DNA from: Eledone cirrhosa | Taxonomy: Eukaryota | Assembly (NCBI GenBank): GCA_964016885.1 | Contig: OZ024745.1 | Span: forward strand, 100,874,001 to 100,938,000 | DNA: 64,000 nt | Direction: 5' to 3' | Shown here: piece by piece, positions 14,145-28,733 of the stretch | How the letters are laid out: each line of letters starts with the position of its first letter | Numbering within the stretch: position 1 is the stretch's first letter | The notes under the pieces: model-generated | Databases searched by the model: none | Seen by the model: the letters and a program-made list of their open reading frames with translations, nothing else | Told to the model about the DNA's origin: nothing | Position numbers and translations under genes: made by a program

Positions 14145-14362
14145 GGGCGGTGGGTTAGCAATATCGGTAGGGCGTCGGACAACATGCTTTTCAGCATAGA
14201 GTTACGCCCCTTTACGATCTGAGTTCAAATCCCGCCTAGTTTAGCTTTACCCTTCATTCTCACGGGGTCGATAAAATAAAGCACCAGTAATGCACTAGAG
14301 TCGAATTAATCGACTTTTCCCTCCCTCAAAATCGCTGGTTTTGTACTTATATAGAAATCATT
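14145..14362 (+). mobile_element. SINE family 1, long variant
   Basis: Has the extra GTCGAATTAATCGAC palindrome and pyrimidine segment. Confidence 0.9.
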
Positions 14363-14371
14363 AGAAATCAA

Positions 14372-14556
14372 GGGCGGTGGATTGGCAGTATCGGTAGAGG
14401 GTCGGACGCCATGCTTTCAGCATAGTTACGTCCCTTTACGATCTGAGTTCAAATCCCGCCGAGGTTGACTTTGCCTTTCATCCTTACGGGGTCGATAAAA
14501 TAAAGTACCAGTAATGCACTGGGTAATTGCTGGCCTTGTGCCTAAAGTAGAAACAA
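14372..14556 (+). mobile_element. SINE family 1, short consensus-like variant
   Basis: Near-identical to 1049-1229 and 54555-54693; the dimer is flanked by 16-bp ATTATTGCTGTATTCT. Confidence 0.92.
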
Positions 14557-16415
14557 TTATTGCTGTATTCTCAAATAGTTATCAATAGCCTTCACTCCAA
14601 ATATAAACATGTAAATTTTATAACTATATGGTGTAAGATCACATCTTGAAAGATCATTTCGTTTAGCATTAGTATTCTTTGAATTTCTCAGAAACTGCCA
14701 ACATGAGTTCAGAAACACAGAGTCTAATCTCTTTAGGTACACACCATTAGCTGGTTGTTACAAAAACGCTCCCAGAAAGAACAAAACTGTTTTAGTTGCC
14801 TGAAACTATTTTCATCAAATCAGCCTGAATGTGCGAACCTATAAACCATATGGTGACAGAAAGACAAGATAGAGTACACAGAACAGTCAAATCGAAGCGG
14901 AATCAAAGAGGGGCAAGAATAGTGATTGAGCAGGTCCTAGAACGTGTAATGAAAGAGTTTTGACAATTAAAGAACTATGCAGTTACTAATTCAACCAAGA
15001 AATTGATTAGTTACCTGATTAATAATATAACCGAAGTGAATCTCAACTGGTGCGTGTGATTTTAGTAGCCGCATAACGTTTCTAAGATACGACAGTATAT
15101 GTTTCAACACACGATTTCACATCAAGAATCTTGCAAGATAAATACAAAAATGACATATATATATATATGCGGGATATCTGTAAATATATGCGGGTATGTG
15201 TATTCATACGTATGTATGTATAATTCAAAATATATGGTTGAAATATTACCTCCTCTCGCGGCATTTTAGCATACATTTTTAGCACTTGATTCTTCCCGAA
15301 ATAATCCATCAATAGACCACTAGTGACTAAAGTTATGATCGCTAGATACCGATTCAAAAATCTGTGTCAAGATATAATATATTACAGAGTTTAAATATGG
15401 ATTTAGAGATTACCAACATCAAACTGTCTGTGCTAAACTCGAAATCTTCAGTGATACTTCATTGGACAACGTCCTGTCGGACATACGCCATTAAAGGAAA
15501 CCGAACAACATATGTTATTCATCACTGTAGGTCGAAGAGGAAGACTTACTCTAACAAATGTTTCAGTTTAAATCAAACTTATATGTCTTCTTCTTTTTCA
15601 GACAGTGTAATCTAGATCCAGGTTATCTCCAATAGTGTCTTAATAAACAAATATTTTTTTTTGTTCAGAAATATGGTTCAATCCCACTTTAAAACTGAAT
15701 TTGATTTCGTTGAGAGCTCGTTAAGAAAATGTCAAGGATCACTGTGTGGCAAATTGCTGATCACTGATTCAAAGACTACGGCTTCCTTTAAAGGTTAACG
15801 CTCACTACGTAGCAATCGAAATATTCTATTGTATTCCGATTCGTTAAATCCTAGTTTATTCGCCTGAAAGATTTAAATAACTCTCTTCAGGGTGTATGGC
15901 TTCTACTAATGTGGTTTCATTCTGATAGAAGTAATACACTTAATCATTACAAAATGAACAAATATATACTTTCAGGGAGTATATTTTTCGACTAATAGAA
16001 CGCCCACACCATGTAATAGCTTAGAATCTCTTTAGTCTAGATACAACTCTATAACCTTATTCATTCTCATCAAATATTCATGGTTTTCCATTAAGGGGCG
16101 ATATTGTCGAAATGCCATTAGATGAACTTGTCCTGGATCATATATAAATGTATACATTTATATGTATGTCTCTATGAATGTAAATGCTTACAAGAATGTA
16201 TGCATACGTGTATGTATGTATATATATATATGTATGTGTGTGTGTATGTATGCGTGTGTTTGCGCGCGGGCGTGTGTCTATGTGTGTGTACATGTGTGCG
16301 TGCGTGTTAGTGCACGTACAAAATGAATTGGCACAGTGGAAAAAAAAAGTGAGTACTTATAGTAAATAGTTTTGTTCATATATAAGATGCAAAGGAGAAA
16401 TGAGAGATACAGAGG

Positions 16416-16447
<32 letters not shown>

Positions 16448-16902
16448 TGTTAGAGAGAGAAATAAAGAGAGAAGAAGAACATTAGTAAGTGAAAGACTGA
16501 CACCATAGTAGATGAAGGATGCTGAGAAAAAAGAAAACGAGCAAGTAAGTTTCAAATATAAGACGTTAAGAAAGAAAGAGTATGAGACAGAGAAACAGAG
16601 AGAAAAAGGCAGATACATAGAAATAGTATTAGATGATAAGCTGGAAATAGAGGGAAAGAGAGAAAGAAAATAAAAAAAACAATAAATGTTTGGGTAGTTC
16701 GGAAAAATTGTGGTGAATTAATGAGTTTTCCGGTACTGGCATTTAAATCTATATCTATAACAAAATTGTTCTGAATATTGATGAGCTTGTAACGTAATGA
16801 AATAATTTCACATTTCCCCTTGGAAAAGAGATTTGATTTTAAATGATTTAATTTTGCTAAAATATATTATTATTATTATTATTATTATTTACGACTAAAT
16901 TA

Positions 16903-17118
16903 GGGCGGTGGATTGGCAGTATCGGTAGAGAGTCGGACACCATGCTTTTCAGCATAGAGTTACGGTCCTTTACGGTCTGAGTTCAAATCTCGCCGAGGTT
17001 AACCTTGCCTTTCATCCTTACGGGAGTCGATAAAATAAATCACCAGTAACGTACTGGGTCGATTTAATCGACTTTCCTCTCCCCCCAAATTATTGGCCTT
17101 GTGCCTAGACTAGAAATT
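16903..17118 (+). mobile_element. SINE family 1, long variant
   Basis: Full length; flanked by ATTATTTACGACTAAATTA. Confidence 0.9.
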
Positions 17119-17140
17119 ATTATTATTTACGACTAAATTA

Positions 17141-17361
17141 AGGCAGTGGTTTTTGTAGTATCGGTAGAGAGTCGAACACCATGCTTTGCAGCATAGATTT
17201 ACGGCCCTTTACGGTCTGAGTTCAAATACCACCGAGGTTAACTTTGCCGTTCATCCTTACGGGAGTCGATAAAATAAATCACCAGTAACGTACTGGGGTC
17301 GATTTAATCGACTTTCCTCTCCCACCAAATCACTGGCCTTGTGTCTATATAAGAAACCATT
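17141..17361 (+). mobile_element. SINE family 1, long variant (tandem copy)
   Basis: Shares private variants with 16903. Confidence 0.9.
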
Positions 17362-17384
17362 ATTAACGACTAAATACTTTGTGG

Positions 17385-17540
17385 TATTAATTATAGCTCT
17401 TTATTTTCTGAGTTCAAATCGTACTGACACCCACTTTGACATTCATCAAACGACTGTCGATAAAGTAAAGTCAAGTGCTGGTGTTGATTTAATCGACTTA
17501 CTCCTCTCTCAAATTGCTGGCCTTATGCCTAAATTTGCAG
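17385..17540 (+). mobile_element. Old diverged SINE family 1
   Basis: TTCTGAGTTCAAATC...GTCGATAAAGTAAAG...ATTGCTGGCCTTATGCC. Confidence 0.65.
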
Positions 17541-18466
17541 TTAGTTACAACAATGTATGTACGGTCTGTGACTATTAGTAAAGCTTTGTTTTAAGTCTAT
17601 GTCAGGTCACTCTCGAGTGCTACTGGTAGTGTGTAACCCAGTACAACCTGTCGCATGGTCGGGTCGTCGGCGACTAAACCGGCAACCCCACCAAGTTTAC
17701 TTGGTGAGGGAGGGTGATTTGGACACCCTGCAGGACAAAAAGCAAAACCTGACAAAGGACGGAAGAACTCATAAGAATCAACTGCCATCTAAAAAAATAA
17801 TATAAATATTCCTGCCAAATCAATGGGTGGCAGTAGTTCCAGCTGCAAGCATCAAAAGACTGGTGTAGTGGTTCTGAGAACAATGAGGTTTTGCAGATGA
17901 TCAATGCGAAGTGACAATGAGAACTATTGACCTTCAGGAGAAGCAGCGAACACTGATTGTATTCAGCAACCGAAACAAATATGAAGCACACCAAATTCAA
18001 TGCTGCTAAGGCGGCCCTGGTTCTTATTTGCGAGTGTAAACTCGGGCAGATTAGATTAGATGTTTTAATTCATGTATTATAGACTTAAATAATATATTTA
18101 CAAGCACGACAATAAGCTGGGAGAAAGTGGACAACCGTTAACAATCATTTAACCACTTAGTTGAACAACGATATCCATTACGCTAAGGAGGTTCAATAGC
18201 TTCTATCCAGCAATTTAGAACATGTAAGCATCAAACAGGACAGGGCTAAATAGTTTACCGTCATATATATCTCACGTGTTCCGCTGGTATATTAATAGCC
18301 TAATAACAACATGTGAACATCACGCAATCACTGTTAAATATTGTCCATTCTCACACCATGTACTTCCATACTGACTAAGGCGATACCAGAATAAATCTAA
18401 TGATACGAAAAGCTAAGAAATGTTAATATCTTTGTGTGTGTGTGTGCGCGCGCCTGTGTGTGTGCG

Positions 18467-18542
<76 letters not shown>

Positions 18543-19925
18543 GTAACTAGATACATATGAACACCATCAAATCAATAAGATGCTCAACAACTTATTGGAA
18601 ATTAGTTGCTGCTATTGACAATGTCTATATGAAATTACAAACGAACAGAACGAATGCCAAATATGCTCATAAAAAAAACATGTGCATATATTTCTTAGTT
18701 TGGTCTTTCTCTGATTTCTCGATTCTTCTGGTGGTATAGAGAGAGATGAGTAGAAAGTGAATGAGTAGAAAGTCATACGATAAATAACAGGTGAGGGGAT
18801 AGGGGTGGGGGAGGTCAATATCAAGCCATTCGAAAGTACAAGAGAAAAGAAGCGTAAAGGTTGTATATAATACAACTGAAACAAATTTTGTCTTTTCGAT
18901 GTAGTAAATAAATATCTATGGTCTGCTGTACCAACACCGAGAAGCGCATACGCAATCACACACACACAGGCATGCGTACACATTCACAGGCATGCGTACA
19001 CACACACACACATGGGGTTTGTTCGTTGTGTATGTATGTGCGTTTTTGTAAGCAAGTATGTATATATGAGTTTAATTATTTTCTCTAAAGCGAGATATTT
19101 CATCGAGAGGAAAGAACAATAATAAAAGAAAGACTTTAAGCAAATAAGTATCGAAACATCTTGACATAGTCTGGTCCATTAAAATAGCAAATCTTTTTCG
19201 TTTTGCTGTTGGGATAAATATTTATGTTCGAAAATGAAAGCTTTCCATAAGCATTTGTACGCGCACGCACGCCCACGTACATATGTTTTTCTCCCCATCT
19301 CTCTCTACACTCTCTCTCTCACTCTCTCCCTGTCTCTCTCTCCCCTTTCTCTCTCTCTCTATATATGTCTCTGTCTCTGTCTCTCTCTGTCTCTCACTAT
19401 CTCTCTCCCTCCTCTCTCCCACTCTCTCTCTCTCCCTCTTTCCATCTGTCGCTCTCTCTCTCTCCCCTCTCTCTATCACTCTCTCTCTCCCCCTCTCTCA
19501 CTCTCTCTCACCCCCTCTCACTCTCTCTCCCCCTCTCTTTCCCCCTCTCTTTCCCCCTCTCTTTCCCCCTCTCTTTCCCACGTACATTCGACGTGCATCT
19601 TACACGCGATATACCCTAGTTTTGACTTTTCCTTGTCCCTCAATCACGTAGTAGTCATGACCTTCTCTCACATAAACACCATCCGTACAAACATACTCAT
19701 GACTGCGCCCGTTGGTAGGGATTGTGAGACTCTATATAGTGGTACTATTTGCAAGACACAACAGTCGAATATTCTAAAAATTAGAAGATTACCATTATGA
19801 ATATGGAGAAAATGGAGCGACATATTGTTCAGTACAGTGATAGATACCAAGTTCCAGAGATACCGACGGGATAGTCAGAATTGGAATGCTCGGTCAGGGC
19901 CGACATAAATCTAAACAAAAATAAC

Positions 19926-20014
19926 TGTTTCTACTTTTGGCACAAGGCCAGCAATTATCCCAATGCATTACTGGTACTTTATTTTATCGACCCCATAAGG
20001 ATGAAAGGCAAAGT
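19926..20014 (-). mobile_element. SINE family 1, 5'-truncated
   Basis: 3' half only. Confidence 0.85.
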
Positions 20015-20036
20015 AAACAATAACATACTCATATAT

Positions 20037-20399
20037 TACTCTCGGGTCCCAAATAATAGGGGCGAATAAGCGGGGAGGGGGAATAAACTGGGGTGTTGGA
20101 ATAAGCGGGCTGGGGGATAAACGGATGTGTCGATAATTTTTCTAGGTTGTCTCCATTGATATTTTTAAAAACCAGGATTAGACGTTTAGTTTACATATTG
20201 AGACCCCAACGCATCCTGTTTATTTTATAACGTATGGGATTTCTTGTAATGTTCGTTTTAGTCATGTATAGTGGGTTTTTTTAATATATAAAGAATATTA
20301 ATTGTGGCAGGAATGCTTCCACTTGAAATAAAATATTGCCGGAGATAGATTGAATAATTAATAAATTGGTGCGGGGCGATTATTTGAGACTCGAGAGTA
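20037..20399. mobile_element. Tc1/mariner-type MITE
   Basis: TIRs TACTCTCGGGTCCCAAATAAT / ATTATTTGAGACTCGAGAGTA with TA ends. Confidence 0.75.
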
Positions 20400-20575
20400 G
20401 ATGAAAATTGAGATTAAAATGATCATTATCATATATTTAAATAATATCTGCTTTCCATAGAATCACGACTGGTATCATGTTATATACCTTTACATTTTTA
20501 GTTCAAAACCACCCGGGGGTTGACGTACAGTTTTAAAAAAAAAAAACCGGGGATGAATTTCGACTTACTGAATAT

Positions 20576-20757
20576 AATTGTTTCTACTTTTGACACAAGG
20601 CCATAAATTATCCCAGTGTATTACTGGTACTTTATTTTATCGACCGCGTAAGGATGAAAGGCAAAGTTAACCTTGGCGGGATTTGAACTCAGACTGTAAA
20701 GGGACGTAACTCTATGCTACAAAGCATAGTGTCCGACCCTCGACCGATACTGCCAAT
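20576..20757 (-). mobile_element. SINE family 1 with a shared 5' extension (20758-20839)
   Basis: Homology to other copies. Confidence 0.9.
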
Positions 20758-20840
20758 AGAGGTGCATATGGTGGGATATAAGTAATGTTTATGTAAAATA
20801 AACATATATAAATCTCAGTTTGAATGGCTATTGTACATAC

Positions 20841-20910
20841 TTGTTTCTACTTTAGGCACAAGGCCAGCAACATACTGCCAATCCACTACCAATTCACTGC
20901 CAATCCACTT
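20841..20910 (-). mobile_element. Internally deleted SINE family 1 (head joined to tail, head motif triplicated)
   Basis: 3' end TTGTTTCTAC...CCAGCAA joined to ATACTGCCAATCCACT, with CCAATYCACT three times. Confidence 0.7.
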
Positions 20911-21239
20911 ACCATCCTTTCTGAATATAATAAAATAAGTACTAGATTTGTACTGAGGTCGATAAAATGATCGTATCCATTTCCCAGGCATTCTGGGTAC
21001 GTTAGAAATATCCAAAATCCTTTTTTAATTGCATTGTTATTGCTTGTCTTTCTGTTTTCCGCCGACAATTTCTGATATGGTTGTTGCTGTTTCGCTCAAG
21101 GTCAGCTCCGTTCTAGTAAACCTAAAATAAACTAGAATAAAGTCATATTATATACACAGCCGCTTTCAAATACACACACACGCACACTCACACACACACA
21201 CACACATATATATATACATATAGATACATATGTATAAAA

Positions 21240-21308
<69 letters not shown>

Positions 21309-21459
21309 TACATATATGTATATATACATATACATATATATATACATATGCATATTATACATATATATACATATACATACAAATATAAATATATATATAT
21401 ATAAAAAGAGGGAAAGGGAAGGAGAGAGAGAGAGGCGCGTGTGGGGGAGTGAGTGTAAC

Positions 21460-21570
21460 CAGTGGCGGACTGGCCAGGTTGCCAGGTTGCCCAATGGCAA
21501 GTGGGACACTGGGGTCCCACGGTAGCATTGCAAGAACCCATTGTAGCATTTTAGGGGGCAAAGTATTGCT
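21460..21570 (+). mobile_element. hAT-like MITE left end
   Basis: CAGTGGCGGACT is the reverse complement of AGTCCGCCACTG at about 27910. Confidence 0.4.
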
Positions 21571-21670
21571 TTCAAAAATACCTGAAATCTAAGGGAAACA
21601 ATAACATTTTTTCAAAAATAAATAAAACAATTAAGCAAAGCATTTGGTCAACCAATTCACCATGAAATTA

Positions 21671-21857
21671 ATTGTTTCTACTTTAGGCACAAGGCCAGCA
21701 ATTTCCCAGTACATTACTGGCACTTTATTTTATCGACCCCGTAAGGATGAAAGGCAAAGTTAACCTCGGTGGGATTTGAACACAGATCGTAAAGGGACGT
21801 AACTATACTAGAAAGCATGGCGTCCGACCCTCTACCCATACGGCCAATCCACCACCC
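21671..21857 (-). mobile_element. SINE family 1
   Basis: Full length; TSD GAAATTAAT. Confidence 0.9.
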
Positions 21858-21963
21858 TGGAAATTAATCGAAACCAAAAATATATGATAGTACAATTAGT
21901 TGGAATCAGTGGTTGTACATTCTACTAAATCTATAGCTTAGTGTGTTCATTCATGCATGCAAA

Positions 21964-21997
<34 letters not shown>

Positions 21998-22056
21998 TAT
22001 ATATATATAGAAATATATATATACTTACACATACACACGAACTAATGACCAAATAT

Positions 22057-22227
22057 TTGTTTCTACTTTTGGCACAGGGCCAGCAATTAACCAGTGTATT
22101 ACTGGTACTTTATTTTATCGACCCCGTAAGGATGAAAGACAAAGTTAACCTCAGCGGGATTTGAACTCAGAATGGCAAGGGCCGTAACTCAATGCGTCAA
22201 AGCATGGCGTCCGACCCTCTACCGATT
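22057..22227 (-). mobile_element. SINE family 1
   Basis: Homology to other copies. Confidence 0.88.
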
Positions 22228-22275
22228 GGTATCAATGGGTCAAAGACATCTGTCAAATCAATTAGAGGTGAATGT

Positions 22276-22321
<46 letters not shown>

Positions 22322-22404
22322 ACCTTCACCTATATATATATATATATATTAATATATAATATATATATATATATTATATATTATATATAATATATATATA
22401 TATT

Positions 22405-22715
22405 ATAATCTGTAAACTAAGCCCCCATATTAACTGTAAAACTAGAAATGTAGTATATAGCATAAGATGTACTGAAGGACAATGTAAATAAGAATATAGT
22501 GTACATAGTTGAGACAGCTCGTAGTATACGAGAACGGTTAAATGAACACTGAACGGTTAAATGAACACTTCAATATAAAAGAAGACTCATCAATACTCCA
22601 CCAACATGCTAAAATAGAACATAAGGGCAAATTAGAGAACATAGAAATAAAAATAAATAAAAAAACATAAATGAACTCCAACCAAAATTAAATAGAAAAC
22701 ATGAATGGAATAACA
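22405..22715 (+). pseudogene. PLE GIY-YIG endonuclease remnant of a second type (absent from the ORF track)
   Basis: Manual translation: IICKLSPHINCKTRNVVYSIRCTEGQC*...YIVETARSIRERLNEH...SSILHQHAKIEHKG...KLNRKHEW; stops and frameshifts. Confidence 0.75.
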
Positions 22716-22933
22716 ACATCACAACTTACAATTAAGGACAAAATGAAAACACACACACACATAGAACAAACAACCAACCAGTAACATGTAAATAAACAAA
22801 TAAATAAACAAATAAAAACACACACAGACACCCGGATGTAAAACATGCGCGAACTAAGCACACAACACACACAAAAACAAGATGGCGAAGGACAGAACAA
22901 AGGAGAGGCACAAAACAAAGAAAATAATCCCCA

Positions 22934-22976
22934 GTCACTGAAGAGGTCACAGAATGTGTGACGAAAGAACTTTTAC
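22934..22976 (+). ncRNA. Hammerhead motif downstream of the GIY-YIG remnant (degenerate stems I and III)
   Basis: GTCA-CTGAAGA-G-GTCACA-GAATG-TGTGAC-GAAA-GAAC-TT-TTAC. Confidence 0.6.
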
Positions 22977-23074
22977 AATATATGAATAACCGTCCGGTTG
23001 TGGAACCAACCAACCAACCGGAAATTTATAAATTCTTAAATTTATAAATTTAATTTATAATAAATTGAAGTGAA

Positions 23075-24276
<1,202 letters not shown>

Positions 24277-24384
24277 TATGTCAGTTAGGTCCCTAGGGAT
24301 TTTTGTACAAGTTGAAAACATGTTATCTTTACATATATATAAATCTATATATACACATGTACGTGCACACATATACACGCACTT

Positions 24385-24456
<72 letters not shown>

Positions 24457-24462
24457 ATATAT

Positions 24463-25400
24463 GGAATAACAAATTATCGTTATAGGTAATCCAGTTAGAG
24501 GTTGTGAATACTCCGTATTCTGGATATTTTTAGCGTACGGTGTTGTTTGACTCAACAAGAGGTTTCCTTATGTAGCGAGTTTGTGAGTTCTCTGGAAATT
24601 AATCTTGGAGTAATAATAGTGAAAGAGTGAATAATAACATGGTCAACAGTACAAAAAGGGTTTTATTTACAGTATTAACAATTGTTTCATTGATTAAGTT
24701 GTGTAAAAATTGCTAATCACTTGAAGTTGTGTCACTCAATTTTAAATACAATGCATGCTTAACCAAATCATCAGAAACTGATGGTACGTCCACAGACAAT
24801 CTATAAAGAACCCTAGACTAATGAACACAACAACGCTCGCCAATAAAATCTGACAGCTTAAAGATACAAACCAAGAATACTGGATTAGCTGGTCGAAATT
24901 TTCAGGCCCAAAGAAATAGAATGTCCCACTGCGGACTTTGCTCCATATTTTAAAATATGACAAAATGGTGCTTAACAGCAAAATTGAACGGTCAATTTTC
25001 CGTAGGCATAAAGCAGCTACGAAATTCGTTAATTTCAAACCAACTTGATTCGACCCAACAATTCCTTAATTCAAATTGTACCACTTGAGTCTATTATAAT
25101 AACCCATTATTATTAACTGCCAATAAATCAACTAATCAATGAATCAACATCATAACCTCCTAACTTTTCTCTCTTTCACTTTCTTTCCCTAAATATATAT
25201 CACCTGTTACATTATATCCTATCGTATTCTCTTCAATTCTAACATAACTTCAAATTTATTAGTTTATTAATTTAACCAATAGATATATGTATATATTTAA
25301 TATTTTCATGTTTATACCATCACACTTAATCAATGAAACAATTGTTAATACTGTAAATAAAACCCTTTTTGTACTGTTGACCATGTTATTCTTCACTCTT

Positions 25401-25405
<5 letters not shown>
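24463..25405 (-). mobile_element. PLE-like family E with hammerhead (24672-24778) and inverted arm (25324-25405)
   Basis: 24618-24699 recurs inverted at 25324-25405; CTGATGA-TTTGGTT...AATCAAT-GAAAC-AATT-GTT-AATAC; second copy at 49887. Confidence 0.7.
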
Positions 25406-25474
<69 letters not shown>

Positions 25475-25476
<2 letters not shown>

Positions 25477-25642
25477 TATTTGCGTAGGGTGTCATTGTTA
25501 TAATATTGGCAGAAATAATAATAGAACATATTCACTGTGAGTGTGTTCTATTATTATTTCTGGCAATATTATAACAATATGACTCTCCCCAAATATAAAA
25601 ATATTTGTTTCAACACACGATTTCATATAAAAAACCCTGCAA

Positions 25643-25716
<74 letters not shown>

Positions 25717-25886
25717 TTGCAGGGATTTTGATATGAAATCGTGTGTTGAAACAAATATTTTTATATTTGGGGAGGGTCATATTGTTATAATATTGTGCCA
25801 GAAATAATAATAGAACACACTCACAGTGAATAAGTTCTATTATTATTTCTGGCAATATTATAACAATAACACCCTACGCAAATATA
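25475..25886. repeat. About 410-bp palindrome centred on (TA)n, with nested hairpins
   Basis: Arms 25475-25648 and 25710-25886 are near-perfect reverse complements. Confidence 0.9.
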
Positions 25887-26049
25887 TATATATTGAGTGA
25901 GTGTGAAATATCAAATGTCATTATTGAAAGTCTCTGTATTTCGCAAAATACATAACATTTTTTATTGCAAAAATTTGATTGCACTGTTTTGTTTCCACTT
26001 ATGTATTTTTGAAAATGTTATCTATTCATTATAAACATTATATTATAAC

Positions 26050-26940
26050 ATTCTATATGTAGGTGGGCCCCCTTCATATCCTGGCAACCAATATTTTTAG
26101 CCGCAGTCCGCCACCGTAAATATATACATATATATATATATAAGATGCCAATCATTGTAAGTTTGAATCTAACTGACATGCAAAAATATATATATATATA
26201 TGAATAAAGTAAGCCCAAATCATAAAAAAATCAAATATCATAGAGAGAAGGAGAGGGGGGGGGTGCGATGCAACAGAAATGAAACATGGCTTGCAGGTTA
26301 AAATATAGTCTAGATAGATGAGAAACAAAATGAGGATATAATTTATGGAACACCCAAATGATTTAGAAGTCAACCTTAAGTAGGAGCAATAACAATAGAA
26401 AAGACATGAACGACACCACATGATTTTGTTTTGAAAATTTTGAAAGTAGGTTTATGAGTATGAATTTTTATAAGCTTTTCGTAGTTGTCTCATTGGACTA
26501 GCGGTAGGTACTAGAGACGGTGGAGATCCTGACCTTGGTTTCAATCCTGGCCACGAGGTACATGTAAACTTTTTCAGTTTTTATTTTACATCCCATAGAA
26601 AAAAAAACTGAAAATGTTTACCGGGAACCCTACTCCCAACCAGCATCGAACTTCAGACCCTCCCCAAATATAAAAATATTTGTTTCAACACACGATTTCA
26701 TGACAGTCTATGAATCCTCCAACTAGACCACCGAGACAGCTACAAAAATAAAATGAAAATTAATAATTATAAACCTTTCAAAATCAAAGTTAAAAAGATG
26801 TGGTGTCGTTCATGGCTTTCCTAGAGCTATTAGTCATATTTAAGGTCGACTTGTCAATTTTCTTGCTCTTTGGTAACAACCTATTATTTCCATGTGTGTT
26901 TAACTGTTGAATTAATTTAATTTGATTATTTTAACAAACA

Positions 26941-27015
<75 letters not shown>

Positions 27016-27343
27016 AAATAAAATAGATAAGTCAAATATTTAAAATTTGGCTTCGTTTATTACTGCTATATATATTTCGGTGACAGCCATCTTTGGCTGT
27101 GACCTCTTCAGGCAGTCCCAATTAGTGTGGTAGAGACGGGTACACATGTTGTTGAGGTGTTTAACTTCGTCAATACTCTGATATGCCCAGTTCCTGGTTG
27201 GGTTGTTATTTCACTGAGGAACTGGAATCATATGAATTCAAACAAAACGAATTTCAACGTCAAAGGACATCCTTTCCTCCCATTGGTCAGTTGTGAGAAC
27301 ATTCCTCAGTCAAAAGTCTATAGAAATTATTTCTGAGGCGAGT

Positions 27344-27381
<38 letters not shown>

Positions 27382-27921
27382 GCCAATTATAGTAGATTCA
27401 AATATCATAGAGAGAAAGAGGGGGGGGGGGAGATGCAACAGAAATGAAACATGGATTACAGGTTAAATATAGTCTAGATAGATGAGAAACAAAACGAGGA
27501 TGTACTGTATGGAACATACAAATGATTTAGAAGTCAACCTTAAGTAGGAGCAATAACAATAGGGAAGACATGAACGCCATCACATGATTTTGTTTTGAAT
27601 ATTTTGAAAGTAGGATTATAAGTATAAATTTTCATTAGATTTTCGTGATTGTCTCAGTGGACTAGCGGTAGGTAGTAGAGACGGTGGAGATCCTAACCTT
27701 GGATTCAATCCTGGCCACGAGGTGCCTGTAATCTTTTTCAGTTTTTATTTTACAACCCATAGAAAAAAACTGAAAAAAACTGAACTTCAGACCAGGATCA
27801 CCACCCTCTATGATTCCTCCAACTAAGCCGCCGAGACAGCTACGAAAGTATAGCATTCTATATGTGGGTGGGCCCCCTTCATCTCCTGGCAACCAATATT
27901 TTTAGACCTAGTCCGCCACTG
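26050..27921. mobile_element. Rearranged copies of a hAT-like non-autonomous repeat carrying tRNA-like modules
   Basis: 26231-26660 matches 27398-27795; 26050-26115 matches 27855-27921, ending AGTCCGCCAC(T/C)G. Confidence 0.5.
27062..27116 (-). ncRNA. Type I hammerhead motif in a TA-flanked PLE-like insert (about 27011-27345)
   Basis: ACTGC-CTGAAGA-GGT-C-ACAGCCA-AAGA-TGGCTGT-C-ACC-GAAA-TATATA-TA-GCAGT. Confidence 0.85.
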
Positions 27922-28247
27922 ATCGTAAGTATGTGGCGAAATGAAATCATGCTGCTAATCACTTCGGTTTTATTATAATTCAAGTACCTAATTTATTCAT
28001 GGGTTATTCTAGTAATCGAATGGTTATATAATTATCAAAGTGCATTCCCTGATCACTTCAATGACTCTTCTAAACTCAGAGAGTAAAGAACCGATAGAAT
28101 GTGTGTCCGTGAAGCATATACATATACACCAGGTCCGAACAAAAAGTTACCAAGCATCCACTGACACTGTGTCCATCTCTCTCACTCTCACCATTTCTCA
28201 CTATTATGAGGAAATGTGGGCACACGCATTGGCCGTCACGCGGCTAC

Positions 28248-28565
28248 GGCGGACAGAATGATGAAAGTGTTTCCTCGGAGGATGGTGAAGGAGGCGGCTG
28301 GAAGAGCTATTCCAGCTCACGATGCTCAAACCCACGGGTAGCAAACTCTGCCGATCATGGTGAGTAGGGAGGTGGCCCTAGGGCCAAGGACACCTGAAGT
28401 TTCCACTGCTATGGGCTTGACAGCAAGCCTATCGGAGAGTGACCGATATTTGGAAAGTTCATTCTCCTCGACCCGAAGGGCAGAAGAGCCTGAGTTAGTC
28501 GCAGACTACACCAGGTTGCCACTGGAGAATGTGACCCTGCCTGTGGCATCCCTGGCAATTAAATA
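28248..28565 (-). pseudogene. CRE-like non-LTR retrotransposon restriction-like endonuclease C-terminus
   Basis: Manual translation: LIARDAT...EENELSKYRSL...PIAVETSGVLGPRA...ILRGN. Confidence 0.7.
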
Positions 28566-28733
28566 ACGTCACCTTAAGACACCTCTTCTTGATTACATGA
28601 TAAGTTTAACATTATGTTGTTTCCCTACTTCCTCAAATATATCAAAATTAGTTTTCAATTAAAAAAAAGAAAAGCAATACACACAGGTAGCTATATTTGG
28701 TTTTTGTCATGATTGTCCTACTTATATGTCATT

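Noticed and set aside
14372-14460. tRNA genes at SINE heads
   Set aside because: A/B boxes are present, but they run into the SINE core and tail with TSDs, and no clean cloverleaf is visible.
17600-18010. GC-richer segment that may be an old LINE 5' UTR or other repeat
   Set aside because: Single copy in the window with no interpretable motif, so it cannot be classified.
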